Shown: positions 29,543 through 40,697, numbered from the stretch's first letter. The stretch is 64,000 bases of DNA from an uncultured Verrucomicrobiae bacterium (GCA_963806855.1 CAWDYW010000001.1:864001-928000); one strand, 5' to 3'. Made by a program: numbers and translations. Notes: a model not told the origin generated them from the sequence alone.

Positions 29543-30136
29543 TTACGATAATATTTTTATGCAACTTTCTTCGTAGAGAAATGTCACAACTTGTCCATTC
29601 TGTATTTTGGTTGAAGACCAGTCGTGATTGGCGAGATGGACGAGAAGGGCCCGAATGACGCCGCCATGTGTAACGATCAAGACATCATCGTCGAGATGTT
29701 TTTGTGCAATGAGTTCCAGCGCGGGGAGTACTCTTTGGATCACTTCATAGCCCGACTCGACATCGGGGACGAATTTATAGTGCAGCTTTTCTAAATTGGA
29801 AAGTCCGTGATGCGTTGCCAGATCAAATCGATGTCCATATTGCGCTTCGATTTCGGCAAAGGTTTTTCCTTCCAAACCTCCGTAGCAGGTCTCTTTCAGC
29901 TGAGTGAATAGTTCAATGTGCTGATCTCTGCTGCCGCGGATGATTTCGGCAGTCTCGACAGCGCGTTTTAAATGGGAAGAATAGATCCCTGCAAATTGCA
30001 AATCCTTGAGCGCCTTGGCTGTCTCTGCAGCTTGTAGACGCCCCCTCTCATTGAGAGGGATGTCTTGGGATCCCTGGTAACGTTTTTGGACGTTCCAATC
30101 GGTTTCGCCATGCCGAACGAGGTGCAGTCTTGCCAT
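29543..30136 (-). CDS. Histidine phosphatase family protein
   Basis: LVRHGETDWN, SS.L.RA.ETA, VTHGG. Confidence 0.92.
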   Translation of the reverse strand: MARLHLVRHGETDWNVQKRYQGSQDIPLNERGRLQAAETAKALKDLQFAGIYSSHLKRAVETAEIIRGSRDQHIELFTQLKETCYGGLEGKTFAEIEAQYGHRFDLATHHGLSNLEKLHYKFVPDVESGYEVIQRVLPALELIAQKHLDDDVLIVTHGGVIRALLVHLANHDWSSTKIQNGQVVTFLYEESCIKILS

Positions 30137-30138
30137 AA

Positions 30139-32241
30139 CTATTTTTTCGCAGGTGCAGGGAGCAGAGCCTTGTGGCTGAGCCGGACCTTGCCTTCTTTGC
30201 TCACTTCGAGCACTTTGACCTCAAGCTCTTGCCCTTCCTTAAACCCAGCTTTGCGGATATCTTCGATTCTCTCATGAGAGAGCTCAGAGACATGGCATAG
30301 CCCTTCCTGACCGAAGATAGCGACAAAGACTCCGAAGGCGACGATCGATACGATTTTCCCTTTGTAGACTTTGCCCTCTTCCACCTCGGCGGTGAGGTCG
30401 TGGATGATCTTTTTGGCTTTCTCCATCGCTTCGTGGGTCGTCGCAGTGATGCTGACGAGGCCGGTGTCGTCGATGTTGATCTCGGCTCCTGTCTCTTCGA
30501 CGATAGCGCGGATCTGTTTTCCGCCTGGACCGATGACGACTCCGATCTTGCTCGGCTTGACTTGAATCGAATCGATTCGTGGAGCGTATTGGGAGAGGTG
30601 TTGGTTGGGTTTTGGACAGGCCTCAAGCATTTTCTGCAAGATGTGGATCCGCCCCTCTTTTGCCTGAGCGAGTGCCAGACGCATGATATTGTGAGTGATC
30701 CCTTCGATCTTGATGTCGAGCTGGAAGGCGGTGATCCCTGTCTCGTTACCGGCGACTTTGAAGTCCATATCACCCAGGGCATCTTCTGCGCCGAGGATGT
30801 CCGAAAGGATTGCAAAGCGCTCCCCTTCAAGAATGAGTCCCATGGCGATTCCGGCGATCGGATGTTTAATCGGAATACCGGCATCCATCATAGCCAGACA
30901 GCCGCCGCAAACAGAGGCCATCGACGAGGATCCATTCGACTCGGTAATATTGGATTCAATGCGGACAACGTAGGGGAATGATTCGCGTGCAGGAAGGGTG
31001 GCGGTCAGTGCTCTTTCCGCTAGCTTCCCGTGGCCGATTTCTCTTCGTCCTGGCGCTCCAAATCTTCCCACTTCACCCACAGAGGAGGGAGGGAAAAAAT
31101 ATTGGAGGTAGAAGCGTTTGCCCCCTTCTCCATCGAGCGATTCGTACCGTTGGGCCATTGTCTCGCCACCGAGGGTCGTTACGCAGAGTGCCTGCGTCTC
31201 GCCGCGGGTGAAGACGACGCTGCCGTGGGTGCGAGGGAGGTAGCTCATGTCGATCGAGATCGGACGAACTTCGTCAGTTCTGCGGCCGTCGGAGCGGACC
31301 TTCTCAGTGAGGATCATCTCGCGCATAATATTAGCTTGAAGCTTCTTATAGGCGGCTGCCACTTCCATTTCGGGATGGCTTGGATCTCCCTCTTTAGGGC
31401 AGAGCTTTGCAAATAGGGCAGCTTTGATCCTGTCGAGTGACATTTCCCGATCTTTTTTGCTGGCGATCCGGAGCGCTTTTTCAATGTCATCTTTGGCAAA
31501 TGCGCTCACTTCGCGGGCGATCACTTCTGAAGAGAACATCAATGTGTCGAGCTTTTTGGTTTTTCCAATCAGATTTTGCCAGTCGCCTAGCTTTCGGCAA
31601 ATCTCTTGGATCGCCTTATGTCCCTCTTCAACTGCCTCAAGGATCTGCTCTTCGGTGAGGAAGTCGCAAAACCCTTCGATCATCAAGATTGCCTCTTCGG
31701 TCCCGGCGAGCATCAAGTCGAGACGCGATTTCTCCATCTCTTGCTTTGTGGGATTGATGATGAATCTCTCGCCGACCAGCGCCACTTGCACCCCGGCAAC
31801 CGGCTTCACGAGCGGGATATCGGAGATCACCAGCGCAGCCGAGGCGGCGCAGATTGCGAGTGGATCGGGCATGTGGGTTCCATCATAGGAGAGAACGTAA
31901 GTTAGAATTTGAAGGTCGTGATGGTAGCCATCGGGGAACATCGGACGAATCGGTCTATCGATGAGACGGCAAGTTAAAATTTCCTTTTCCGTTGGCCGCC
32001 CTTCTCTTTTCAGGTAGCCCCCTAGGGTTTTCCCTGTGGAGGAAAATTTTTCTTGGTAATCGACTTTTAAGGGTAAGAAATCGACGCCGGGGAGAGGTTG
32101 AGGGGAGGCGCAGGCCGTCGCTAAGAGGACCGTGTCCCCAGACTTGACGATGACCGAACCGTTGGCATGCCTGGCGATTTTGCCTGTCTCAAATGTGATT
32201 TCTCTTCCGCCTACTGAGGCTGAAATTGTATGTTTGTCCAT
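30139..32241 (-). CDS. pnp: Polyribonucleotide nucleotidyltransferase
   Basis: Two RNase PH domains (RREIGHG, SNGSSSMAS, GDMDFKVAG), KH, S1. Confidence 0.98.
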   Translation of the reverse strand: MDKHTISASVGGREITFETGKIARHANGSVIVKSGDTVLLATACASPQPLPGVDFLPLKVDYQEKFSSTGKTLGGYLKREGRPTEKEILTCRLIDRPIRPMFPDGYHHDLQILTYVLSYDGTHMPDPLAICAASAALVISDIPLVKPVAGVQVALVGERFIINPTKQEMEKSRLDLMLAGTEEAILMIEGFCDFLTEEQILEAVEEGHKAIQEICRKLGDWQNLIGKTKKLDTLMFSSEVIAREVSAFAKDDIEKALRIASKKDREMSLDRIKAALFAKLCPKEGDPSHPEMEVAAAYKKLQANIMREMILTEKVRSDGRRTDEVRPISIDMSYLPRTHGSVVFTRGETQALCVTTLGGETMAQRYESLDGEGGKRFYLQYFFPPSSVGEVGRFGAPGRREIGHGKLAERALTATLPARESFPYVVRIESNITESNGSSSMASVCGGCLAMMDAGIPIKHPIAGIAMGLILEGERFAILSDILGAEDALGDMDFKVAGNETGITAFQLDIKIEGITHNIMRLALAQAKEGRIHILQKMLEACPKPNQHLSQYAPRIDSIQVKPSKIGVVIGPGGKQIRAIVEETGAEINIDDTGLVSITATTHEAMEKAKKIIHDLTAEVEEGKVYKGKIVSIVAFGVFVAIFGQEGLCHVSELSHERIEDIRKAGFKEGQELEVKVLEVSKEGKVRLSHKALLPAPAKK

Positions 32242-32263
32242 GTAACTCCTAAATTTAGTTTTT

Positions 32264-32335
32264 GGATGGAGGGATAAACTGACCGGCTGTGGAGACCAAA
32301 ATTTTGATCTGCACAGTAGGGCATTCTATCCGTCC
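32264..32335 (-). promoter_or_regulatory. Long imperfect hairpin in pnp leader
   Basis: ggatgga...ctgtggagaccaaaa/ttttgatctgcacag...tccgtcc. Confidence 0.5.
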
Positions 32336-32374
32336 TTTAAAAAGGATATCATGTGGAATAGTTTAGAACAAGTG

Positions 32375-32405
32375 AACAAAAGGCGAGCAGCGCTCGCCTT
32401 CTGTT
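32375..32405 (-). terminator. Rho-independent terminator of rpsO
   Basis: aaggcgagc-N3-gctcgcctt followed by T tract on minus strand. Confidence 0.75.
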
Positions 32406-32431
32406 AAGATAGTGTAAGGATTGTGTGTGGA

Positions 32432-32701
32432 TTATTTGCGCAAGTTTAATCTTACGATAAGATTTTGGTAGCGCTTAGTATCAGTTGAATTGAGATAATC
32501 TAAAAGTTTGCGTCGTTGCCCAACAAGCTTAAGAAGGGCCAAGCGAGAGCTGTGGTCCTTGGGAGCAAGCTTGAGGTGCTCAGTGAGCTCGGCAATCCGC
32601 TCAGTTAAAATCGCGATTTGAACGTCGGCAGAACCGGTATCCTTCTCGTGTAACTGAAACTTCTTTGTGATTTCCTCTTTTGTGCCTTTATCGAGTGACA
32701 T
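32432..32701 (-). CDS. rpsO: 30S ribosomal protein S15
   Basis: [29 protein letters not shown]. Confidence 0.97.
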   Translation of the reverse strand: MSLDKGTKEEITKKFQLHEKDTGSADVQIAILTERIAELTEHLKLAPKDHSSRLALLKLVGQRRKLLDYLNSTDTKRYQNLIVRLNLRK

Positions 32702-32860
32702 TTAAAGATCTCCTTTAGAACAAAATATAGCCTATGCAATTAAACATTATTGTAATCAAATCAAAATTTCAAATCAATCAAAAACTGAAACGCGTTCTAT
32801 GACTTGTCAATTGCGAAGCTTCATGATAGCATAGCGAAACAATTAAATCCAAGTCCTAAA

Positions 32861-33334
32861 ATGATAACCATAGACGATGAAAATTTTATGCGAGAGGCGC
32901 TTCTCGAAGCAAAAAAAGCTTTTGCACAGGCAGAGGTACCTGTCGGGGCTGTTCTCGTCTACCAAGGTGAGATTATCGGACGAGGACACAATTTAGTCGA
33001 GCAGCAAAGCAACGCTGCCCTACATGCGGAGCTAATCTGTCTGCAAGAAGGGGCAAAGAAACTGGGCAATTGGCGGCTTTTGGATTGCACACTTTATTGT
33101 ACGCTCGAGCCCTGCCCAATGTGTGCCGGTGCGATGGCCCTATTTCGGGTTAAGCGATTGGTGTATGGCGCGCCCGATTTACGTCATGGGGCAAATGGAA
33201 GTGTTTTCAATGTCCTCAATGCCGCCCATCCGATCCACCAAGTGGAGGTCGAAGGGGAGTGCTGTGCTGAAGAAGCAAAAGCGCTGATGAAAGAGTTTTT
33301 TTCTATAAGGAGAAGGAATGGAAGCATTGTTTGA
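32861..33334 (+). CDS. tadA: tRNA adenosine deaminase
   Basis: EVPVGAV, HAE, TLEPCPMC; start at ATG 32861. Confidence 0.9.
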   Translation: MITIDDENFMREALLEAKKAFAQAEVPVGAVLVYQGEIIGRGHNLVEQQSNAALHAELICLQEGAKKLGNWRLLDCTLYCTLEPCPMCAGAMALFRVKRLVYGAPDLRHGANGSVFNVLNAAHPIHQVEVEGECCAEEAKALMKEFFSIRRRNGSIV

Positions 33335-33542
33335 AGAGCTGGTGCAGCAACAAGAGGAGAAGGTCTTTAAGTTTGCTCAAAAAATTATCCCCCATATTAC
33401 GAGGGAGGATGTCCTGCAGCCCAATGACTTCCCCGTCTTGGAGAACCACCCATTGTTCCGATACGAAGAGGGGATACTCGAAGGGCTGCGAACTGCCCAA
33501 ATGGCTTATTTCGCTATTGAAAAAAAAGGTCGCACCATCTAG
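33318..33542 (+). CDS. Small conserved hypothetical protein (chlamydial)
   Basis: 74 aa; ED.LQPNDFP.LE..P.FRYEEG motif; overlaps tadA end. Confidence 0.7.
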   Translation: MEALFEELVQQQEEKVFKFAQKIIPHITREDVLQPNDFPVLENHPLFRYEEGILEGLRTAQMAYFAIEKKGRTI

Positions 33543-33574
33543 AATCGGATACTTGAATAACTTTTGGAGCTCCA

Positions 33575-33889
33575 ATGAAAAAAGAAGGCCACCCAGATTA
33601 CCAGGACATTTTATTTGTCGACTCTTCGACAGGGACGAAGTTCGTCTGTGGATCCACACTAAAACCGAAAGAGAAAGAGAAGTATGAGGGTAAAGAATAC
33701 CCTGTATATCGAGTCGCTATTTCTTCAGCATCTCACCCTTTCTTTACAGGAAGCAAGCAGCTTGTCGACGCCGAAGGTCGGGTTGATAAATTCCGCAAGC
33801 GTTATGCTAAGAAAGAAGAGCAGCAGCCAAAAGAAGAAGACAAGCCTGCTCCTTCTAAAAAGCCGGCGAAAAAAGCAACTAAAAAATAA
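33575..33889 (+). CDS. rpmE: 50S ribosomal protein L31 type B
   Basis: [28 protein letters not shown]. Confidence 0.93.
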   Translation: MKKEGHPDYQDILFVDSSTGTKFVCGSTLKPKEKEKYEGKEYPVYRVAISSASHPFFTGSKQLVDAEGRVDKFRKRYAKKEEQQPKEEDKPAPSKKPAKKATKK

Positions 33890-33891
33890 TT

Positions 33892-34965
33892 GTGGAAAAG
33901 CGAATCCTCCAACTTATCAATCGCTTCGCAGAGGTGGAAAATCTCTTGGGGGATCCGCAAGTTCACTCTGATCAAAAACGTTATAAAAAGCTAACGCAAG
34001 AACACGCCTACTTGAGTGAAATCAAAGAGACGTGGGACCAATGTCAAAAACTCCAAAAGCAACTAAATGACGACCAAGAGCTCTACAAAGAAGAGACCAA
34101 TCAAGAGCTTTTGGAGATGCTGCGCGATGAGATCGAATCGCTCAAAAATCAAATCCCTCTTATCAATACCAAATTAGAAACGCTGCTGGTCCCTCCCGAC
34201 CCCAATGATAGCCGCAATACCATCATCGAGGTGCGCGCTGGAACTGGAGGCGATGAGGCGGCTCTCTTCGTCGGCGATATGATTAGGATGTACCATTTGT
34301 ACTCTGGCGATTCTGGTTGGAAATGGGAGCTGCTCTCCTGCTCTCCTTCCGAAATCGGAGGCTATAAAGAGTATATCATGGTCATCTCAGGCCAGAATGT
34401 CCACCGGATGTTGCAACATGAGGCCGGAACGCATCGGGTGCAGCGGGTGCCCGATACCGAGACGCAGGGGAGGGTTCACACCTCGGCGGTGACGGTTGCT
34501 GTTCTGATGGAGCCCGATGATGAAGAGGCGATCACTCTCGACGAAAAGGATTTGAAAATCGACACCTATCGTTCTTCTGGAGCTGGGGGTCAGCACGTCA
34601 ATACGACCGACTCGGCTGTTCGCATTACCCACCTTCCGACAGGGACTGTAGTCTATTGTCAACAAGAGCGCTCCCAGCACAAAAACCGTGATAAGGCGAT
34701 GCGTCTTTTGCAAGCCAAAATTGCCGAGCACCAGAGGGAAAAAGCCCACAAAGAGCGCTCTGAACTGCGGCAGACGCAAGTTGGCTCAGGGGACCGCTCT
34801 GAACGAATCCGCACCTATAACTTCCCGCAAAACCGGGTGACCGACCACAGGATTAACTTGACCCTTTATAAGCTCGATATGGTCATGCAGGGTGATCTCA
34901 ATGGGATCACACAGCCGCTCGTCGCCTATTTCCATCAACAAAAGCTCGCCGCGATGCCATCATGA
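33892..34965 (+). CDS. prfA: Peptide chain release factor 1
   Basis: GGQ motif, [10 protein letters not shown] (PxT), [14 protein letters not shown]. Confidence 0.96.
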   Translation: MEKRILQLINRFAEVENLLGDPQVHSDQKRYKKLTQEHAYLSEIKETWDQCQKLQKQLNDDQELYKEETNQELLEMLRDEIESLKNQIPLINTKLETLLVPPDPNDSRNTIIEVRAGTGGDEAALFVGDMIRMYHLYSGDSGWKWELLSCSPSEIGGYKEYIMVISGQNVHRMLQHEAGTHRVQRVPDTETQGRVHTSAVTVAVLMEPDDEEAITLDEKDLKIDTYRSSGAGGQHVNTTDSAVRITHLPTGTVVYCQQERSQHKNRDKAMRLLQAKIAEHQREKAHKERSELRQTQVGSGDRSERIRTYNFPQNRVTDHRINLTLYKLDMVMQGDLNGITQPLVAYFHQQKLAAMPS

Positions 34966-35822
34966 AGACTCTGCAAGCTGTTCTGAAATTAGCAACAGAA
35001 TTTTTAAGCAAGCAAGGGGTAGGGCGGCCGCGGCTCACAGCGGAAACGCTCCTGGCCCATTTTTTGAAATTGAAGCGGATCGAGCTCTACATGCATTTCG
35101 ACCGTCCCTTGACCGAAGAGGAGCTTGTCCCTTTCCGTGAAGCGTTAAAACGGGCGATCCGAGGGGAGCCGATCGAGTATATTATGGGGGAAGTGGAGTT
35201 TTATGGGGCCAAATTGAAAATCACGCCTGCGGTCATCATCCCCCGCCAAGAAACCGAGATTTTACTCGATATGGTCTTAAAGCAATTGGATGGATCGGAA
35301 AAAAGGGCTTTAGATCTCTGTACCGGATCGGGCTATTTGGCCATTGGACTGAAAAAAATGCGGCCCGATCTTGAGGTTGTCGCTGTCGATCTCTCGAAAG
35401 AGGCATTAGAGGTGGCTCGGGGCAATGGAGAGTACAATGGGGTCGAAATTGAATGGCTACTTGGAGATTTAACTAAACCCCTACACGGAAAATTTGACCT
35501 CGTCCTCTGCAATCCTCCTTATATTACGGCCGATGACTATACGACTCTCGACCGCAGTGTGCGCGACTTTGAACCTAAAATGGCGCTTGTCTCCGGACCA
35601 ACTGGCTATGAATTTTTTGAGCGCCTAGCAAAAGAGCTTCCTCCCTTTTTAAATGAGGGGGCTAAGGTTTTTTTTGAGATCGGCACCGGGCAGGGCGCCC
35701 AAGTTTTAAAGATATTTTCCCAGGGACCTTGGACAGGGCAAACAGTCAAACCAGACTGGGCAGGGCATGACCGGTTCTTTTCTCTCTTGAAATCCAAACA
35801 AATTTCGCCTATATTAGAGTGA
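34962..35822 (+). CDS. prmC: Release factor glutamine methyltransferase
   Basis: IPRQETE, DLCTGSG, NPPY; follows prfA. Confidence 0.95.
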   Translation: MKTLQAVLKLATEFLSKQGVGRPRLTAETLLAHFLKLKRIELYMHFDRPLTEEELVPFREALKRAIRGEPIEYIMGEVEFYGAKLKITPAVIIPRQETEILLDMVLKQLDGSEKRALDLCTGSGYLAIGLKKMRPDLEVVAVDLSKEALEVARGNGEYNGVEIEWLLGDLTKPLHGKFDLVLCNPPYITADDYTTLDRSVRDFEPKMALVSGPTGYEFFERLAKELPPFLNEGAKVFFEIGTGQGAQVLKIFSQGPWTGQTVKPDWAGHDRFFSLLKSKQISPILE

Positions 35823-35829
35823 TCTAATT

Positions 35830-37152
35830 ATGTTTGATTTACTTGCTGAGAAATTTACCACCCTTTTTTCCGGCTTAAGCGGCAAAAAAAATTTGACCGA
35901 GGAGAATATCTCTGACGCAGTGCGTGAGGTTCGTCTGGCGCTTCTCGACGCCGATGTCAACTATTCTGTCGCTTCCCAATTTGTCAAACGGGTGAAAGAA
36001 AAAGTGGTTGGCACCGAGACGATCAAATCGGTAAAGCCTGGTGAGCAGTTCATCAAAGTGGTGCATGAAGAACTGATCGCCTTAATGGGTAAATCAGAAG
36101 CAGAGCTCTATTTAATTGGCCACCCGACTGTGATCCTGATGTGCGGTCTACAAGGTTCTGGAAAGACGACTACGTCGGCAAAACTGGCGGCCCATCTGAA
36201 GAAAAAGAATAAAAAAGTGCTCGTCGCGGCCTGCGATTTGCAACGGCCCGCAGCAGTGCAGCAGCTCAAATTGCTCTGCCAGCAGATCGATGTGCCGGTC
36301 TTTGCTGTTGAAGGGGAAAATAAACCCTTAAAGGTAGCAAATGGGGCACTCGACAAGGCCCGCCGCGAAGGGTTCGATGTACTGATTGTCGATACAGCTG
36401 GAAGGCTCCATATCGATGAAGAGCTGATGAAAGAGCTCCAAGCTGTAAAAAAAGCTCTCAGCCCCCATGAAATCCTCTTTGTCGCAAACGCAACGACGGG
36501 GCAAGATGCAGTAAAAACAGCACAAGAGTTTGATCAAAAATTAGGCATCACCGGTTCTGTTCTGACGATGCTCGATGGAAGTGCCCGCGCAGGAGCGGCC
36601 ATCTCGATTACCGAAGTGACCCAGAAACCGCTAAAATTCGAGGGGATCGGCGAGCGGATCGAAGATCTGCAAGTGTTCAACCCGCAATCGATGGCCGACA
36701 GGGTGCTCGGGATGGGCGATGTGATCAATTTGGTGAAGAAAGCCGAAGAGCATATCGATGAAAAGCAGAGTGCAGAACTCGAGAAGAAACTGCGCAAAGC
36801 CTCCTTCACCTATGATGACTACCTCAAGCAGATGGGGATGATGAAGAAGATGGGCTCGTTTAAGAGCTTGCTGAAGATGGTTCCTGGAATGTCGGCTCTT
36901 GGTGACTTGGAGCTTCCAGAAAAAGAGTTTCAAAAGACAGAGGCGATCATCCAATCGATGACACCGACGGAACGTGAGGAGCGGGTCGAGCTACTTCCCT
37001 CTCGCCGCCGCCGTATCGCTCTTGGAAGTGGGACCACGATCGATGATGTCAATCGTCTAGTTAAAGGATTTAAAAATTTGAAAAAATTGTGCAAGTCGAT
37101 GCCAAAAATGAAATCGATGCCAAATATAAAGGAGATAATGCCATGGCAGTAA
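35830..37152 (+). CDS. ffh: Signal recognition particle protein
   Basis: ALLDADVN, GLQGSGKTT, DTAGR, M domain. Confidence 0.97.
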   Translation: MFDLLAEKFTTLFSGLSGKKNLTEENISDAVREVRLALLDADVNYSVASQFVKRVKEKVVGTETIKSVKPGEQFIKVVHEELIALMGKSEAELYLIGHPTVILMCGLQGSGKTTTSAKLAAHLKKKNKKVLVAACDLQRPAAVQQLKLLCQQIDVPVFAVEGENKPLKVANGALDKARREGFDVLIVDTAGRLHIDEELMKELQAVKKALSPHEILFVANATTGQDAVKTAQEFDQKLGITGSVLTMLDGSARAGAAISITEVTQKPLKFEGIGERIEDLQVFNPQSMADRVLGMGDVINLVKKAEEHIDEKQSAELEKKLRKASFTYDDYLKQMGMMKKMGSFKSLLKMVPGMSALGDLELPEKEFQKTEAIIQSMTPTEREERVELLPSRRRRIALGSGTTIDDVNRLVKGFKNLKKLCKSMPKMKSMPNIKEIMPWQ

Positions 37153-37481
37153 AGATCCGGTTGCGCCAGCAAGGACGCACCAATCGACAGACCTATCGCT
37201 TAGTCGCATGTGATACACATGTGAAGCGTGATGGGAAATATCTGGAAAATTTAGGGTGGTACGACCCCTTCATGAAAGAAAGCAATGCAGTTGTAAATGC
37301 GGAAAGAGCAGCCTATTGGCTTAGCCAGGGTGCTGAAATGAGCCCTGAGGCAAAATTGCTGATCGCCCGTTTTGCTCCTCACGTGATTAAAGAGTGGAAT
37401 GAGAAGCGTGAAGCAAGAAAGGTAAAAGAAGCTGCAAAACGACGCGAAAGCCGCAAAAAGAAGACGGCAGTAGCAAAGTAA
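37143..37481 (+). CDS. rpsP: 30S ribosomal protein S16
   Basis: MAVKIRL, RDGKYLE.LGWYDP, WLSQGA. Confidence 0.95.
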   Translation: MAVKIRLRQQGRTNRQTYRLVACDTHVKRDGKYLENLGWYDPFMKESNAVVNAERAAYWLSQGAEMSPEAKLLIARFAPHVIKEWNEKREARKVKEAAKRRESRKKKTAVAK

Positions 37482-38179
37482 TGGAGATCGACATCCTTTC
37501 CCTTTTTCCTGATTATTTTCAGGGACCTTTTGATGTGAGCATCTTGAAAAGGGCAAGAGAGAAAGGGTTGATCCATGTGAACTTCATCGATATTCGAGAC
37601 TTTGCAGAAGGCCGGCACAGAAAAGTAGACGATCGCCCCTATGGTGGGGGACCAGGAATGGTGATGATGCCAGGCCCTTGTATCAGGGCGATTCGGGATC
37701 GGAAGAGAGAAAACTCAGCTGTCGTCTACATGTCGCCTCAAGGCAAGCCCTTGAATGCCAAGAAGTGTGCCGAGCTCGCAACCATCAGCCATCTGATCAT
37801 CCTCTGTGGGCATTACGAGGGGATCGATCAGCGGATTATCGAGAGCGAGGTCGATGAAGAGATTAGCATAGGGGACTATGTCCTCACAAATGGTTGCTTA
37901 CCCGCAATCGTGCTCGTCGATGCGATGGCCCGGTTTATCCCAGGCGTCCTCGGGCATGAAGAGGCAGCAACAAAAGATTCTTTTCAGGAGGGGGTTTTCG
38001 AGGCACCTCAATATACCCGCCCTGAGAAGTTTGAAGAAATGGCCGTTCCAGAGGTATTAATGGGGGGAAACCACCGTGAAATCGAAGAGTGGCGTAGTGA
38101 ACAAGGTTTTAGAAAAACTCGGCTAGTCCGACCAGAATTAACAGGAGCAGATCATGCAACAGGCGCAAGTCATAGATGA
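37481..38179 (+). CDS. trmD: tRNA (guanine37-N1)-methyltransferase
   Basis: VDDRPYGGGPGM, CGHYEGID.R, SIGDYVL. Confidence 0.97.
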   Translation: MEIDILSLFPDYFQGPFDVSILKRAREKGLIHVNFIDIRDFAEGRHRKVDDRPYGGGPGMVMMPGPCIRAIRDRKRENSAVVYMSPQGKPLNAKKCAELATISHLIILCGHYEGIDQRIIESEVDEEISIGDYVLTNGCLPAIVLVDAMARFIPGVLGHEEAATKDSFQEGVFEAPQYTRPEKFEEMAVPEVLMGGNHREIEEWRSEQGFRKTRLVRPELTGADHATGASHR

Positions 38180-38558
38180 GATTGAAGCGGCAAGTTTGAA
38201 GACAGACATCCCCGATTTCAAAGTGGGCGATACTATCAGCGTGTCATACCGCATTATTGAAGGGGAAAAAGAACGTACACAGGTATTTACCGGTGTCGTC
38301 ATCGCCCGCAAAGGACATGGGATTTCAGAGACATTCTCCATGTACCGAGTCGCTTACGGTTCAGCCATGGAGCGGGTATTCCCACTTCATAGCCCAAAAG
38401 TGGCGAAAATCGCAGTGGAGAAGCACGGAAAAGTGCGCAGAGGTAAGCTCTACTTCCTCCGCGGTCTCTCTGGTAAGAAAGCGAAGATCCAAGAGCGGAT
38501 CGTCAAACGAATTGGGCTTGTGATTAAAGAGCCGGTAGCGACAGAGAGTGCAGAATAA
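38154..38558 (+). CDS. rplS: 50S ribosomal protein L19
   Basis: F.VGDT, EGEKER.Q.F.G, GKVRR.KLYFLR. Confidence 0.96.
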   Translation: MQQAQVIDEIEAASLKTDIPDFKVGDTISVSYRIIEGEKERTQVFTGVVIARKGHGISETFSMYRVAYGSAMERVFPLHSPKVAKIAVEKHGKVRRGKLYFLRGLSGKKAKIQERIVKRIGLVIKEPVATESAE

Positions 38559-38561
38559 ACT

Positions 38562-39260
38562 GTGGCCAAATCTGCTGGCGCAAAAAAGCGTATTGAAACG
38601 ATACGGCTAAAGCGCCTATGTAGTATAGAAATCGAGGTCCGGGAAAAGGGCTTTGAAATGATTGCTGGCGTAGACGAAGTGGGACGTGGTCCACTAGCCG
38701 GACCCGTCGTCGCTGCAGCTTGCATCTTGCCCGAAGGATATATTCTACGTGGGATCAACGACAGCAAAAAGTTGACCGAAGAACAGCGCTTTTTGCTCTA
38801 TCAGGAACTGATTAGCCAGCCGGGCATCGACTATGCGATTGGTGTTGTCGAAGCTGCCGAGATCGATGAACTCAATATCCACAGGGCTTCCCAGGAGGCG
38901 ATGGTTCGTGCGGTGAAACGACTCCGCAATACGCCTCACTTTTTGCTAGTCGACGGACCCCATACCCCGCCCATTGATATTCCGGCTGCTGGGATCGTCG
39001 ATGGCGATGCCAAAGTTCAAGTGATTGCAGCGGCCTCGATCATTGCCAAAGTGACTAGGGACAATATCATGATCGGCTACCACGACCTCTATCCCGGTTA
39101 CGGATTTAAAGACCACAAAGGTTACGGGACAAGCAAACATTTGAGGGCCCTTTCGGAGCTTGGACCAACACCCATTCACCGAATGAGCTTTGGAAGATTA
39201 TCCTCAGGAGAGACAAATGACCAGAAGCATGACAGCCTACAGCCGAGCGACGTCGAGTGA
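38562..39260 (+). CDS. rnhB: Ribonuclease HII
   Basis: GVDEVGRGPLAGPV, DSKKL, AASIIAKV.RD, HKGYGT. Confidence 0.96.
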   Translation: MAKSAGAKKRIETIRLKRLCSIEIEVREKGFEMIAGVDEVGRGPLAGPVVAAACILPEGYILRGINDSKKLTEEQRFLLYQELISQPGIDYAIGVVEAAEIDELNIHRASQEAMVRAVKRLRNTPHFLLVDGPHTPPIDIPAAGIVDGDAKVQVIAAASIIAKVTRDNIMIGYHDLYPGYGFKDHKGYGTSKHLRALSELGPTPIHRMSFGRLSSGETNDQKHDSLQPSDVE

Positions 39261-40080
39261 AGTCGAAGGCATCACTTGGAGTGTCGAAATCCATACGATC
39301 AATCGAAAGGCGCTCGACATTAATATCTATTTGCCCAGAGAACTTCTATTTTTTGATGTCGAATTGCGAAAATTGATTGCCCAGTCATTGCAACGGGGCC
39401 AGGTGACCGTTAGAGTGAACCTGGAGAAGGGGAAAGAAGCGGGCGCGGCGGTGCCCCTGCTCAAGAAACTAAAATCGGGTTGGGAGAAAACGGCAAAAGA
39501 GCTCGGCCTGGGCAAGGAAGAGATTACGCTGACTTTTTTACTCGCCCAGATGGAAAAGGTTTCGTCTGATTTGTTTGGCACAAAAATTCAGACTGAACTT
39601 AAAAAAACGGTATCTGTTGCCCTCACCGGCCTCGTTAAGATGAAAGAGACCGAAGGGAAAGCGCTCGCTGCAGACATGTTAAAACGGGTGAAAACGTTAC
39701 AAAGCAATGTCAGTGCGATGGAGAAAATGAGCTCGAAGGCCCCCGAACACTACCGGGAGAAACTCCTTGCCCGATTAGAAGTCCTCCTCAAAGAGCCGCT
39801 CGAAGATGAGAGAGTTTTGCGCGAAGTGGCCCTCTTTGCAGAAAAAGCCGATATCACCGAAGAGATCACCCGCCTCAAATCGCACCTGGTTCAGTTTGCC
39901 GATCTACTGAAATCGAAAGGGGAGAGCGTCGGAAGAACCCTAGACTTTTTAATCCAGGAGATTTTGCGGGAAATTAATACCGTCTCTTCCAAATCACCCG
40001 ACCTTGCCCTGACCCAATTGGCGGTGAGCTCAAAGGCTGAGCTGGAAAAGATAAGAGAACAAGTGCAAAATATAGAATAA
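39217..40080 (+). CDS. YicC/YloC family endoribonuclease
   Basis: SMTAY, DI.EE..RL..H, GR.LDFL.QE..RE.NT..SK, LEKIREQVQNIE. Confidence 0.92.
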   Translation: MTRSMTAYSRATSSEVEGITWSVEIHTINRKALDINIYLPRELLFFDVELRKLIAQSLQRGQVTVRVNLEKGKEAGAAVPLLKKLKSGWEKTAKELGLGKEEITLTFLLAQMEKVSSDLFGTKIQTELKKTVSVALTGLVKMKETEGKALAADMLKRVKTLQSNVSAMEKMSSKAPEHYREKLLARLEVLLKEPLEDERVLREVALFAEKADITEEITRLKSHLVQFADLLKSKGESVGRTLDFLIQEILREINTVSSKSPDLALTQLAVSSKAELEKIREQVQNIE

Positions 40081-40697
40081 TGGAAAAATTATTAGGATCG
40101 CTTACTAAAGGATTTGTCATCGTGATGAGCGCACCGGCTGGGACCGGCAAAACGACCCTTGCCCGGATGCTGATCGATGAATTCCCTAGCGTCTCTGAAA
40201 GTGTCTCCTGCACCACGCGCCCAATCCGCCCAGGTGAAATCCCCGATAAAGATTACCACTTCATGTCCGTGGCGGACTTTGAAGAGAGGGAAAAACGGGG
40301 GGAGTTTCTCGAGCATGCGACCGTCTTTGGACACCATTACGGGACACTGAAAGAACATGTTGAAAAGAAACTTCATCAAGGCCAACATGTGATCCTCGTG
40401 ATCGACACTCAAGGGGCGCTCCAGCTTAAAAAATTGGGTTACCAGGCCATCTATATCTTCATCCGCCCCCCATCGCTGGCCGAGCTGCGGTCCCGCCTCT
40501 TCAATCGGAAAACCGAGCAAGAACAGCATATTGAAGAGCGGCTCGCCTGGGCCGTGCATGAGCTCGAGATGGCCAAGCATTACGATTACATCGTCACCAA
40601 TGATAATTTGCATCGCGCATATGAAATTTTGCGCAGTATTTTAATTTCTGAAGAACATAAAACAACGAGGTACCATGACAGACACTCTGACAAATGA
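40080..40697 (+). CDS. gmk: Guanylate kinase
   Basis: SAPAGTGKTT, S.TTR..RPGE...DYHF, YGT, IDTQGA. Confidence 0.96.
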   Translation: MEKLLGSLTKGFVIVMSAPAGTGKTTLARMLIDEFPSVSESVSCTTRPIRPGEIPDKDYHFMSVADFEEREKRGEFLEHATVFGHHYGTLKEHVEKKLHQGQHVILVIDTQGALQLKKLGYQAIYIFIRPPSLAELRSRLFNRKTEQEQHIEERLAWAVHELEMAKHYDYIVTNDNLHRAYEILRSILISEEHKTTRYHDRHSDK

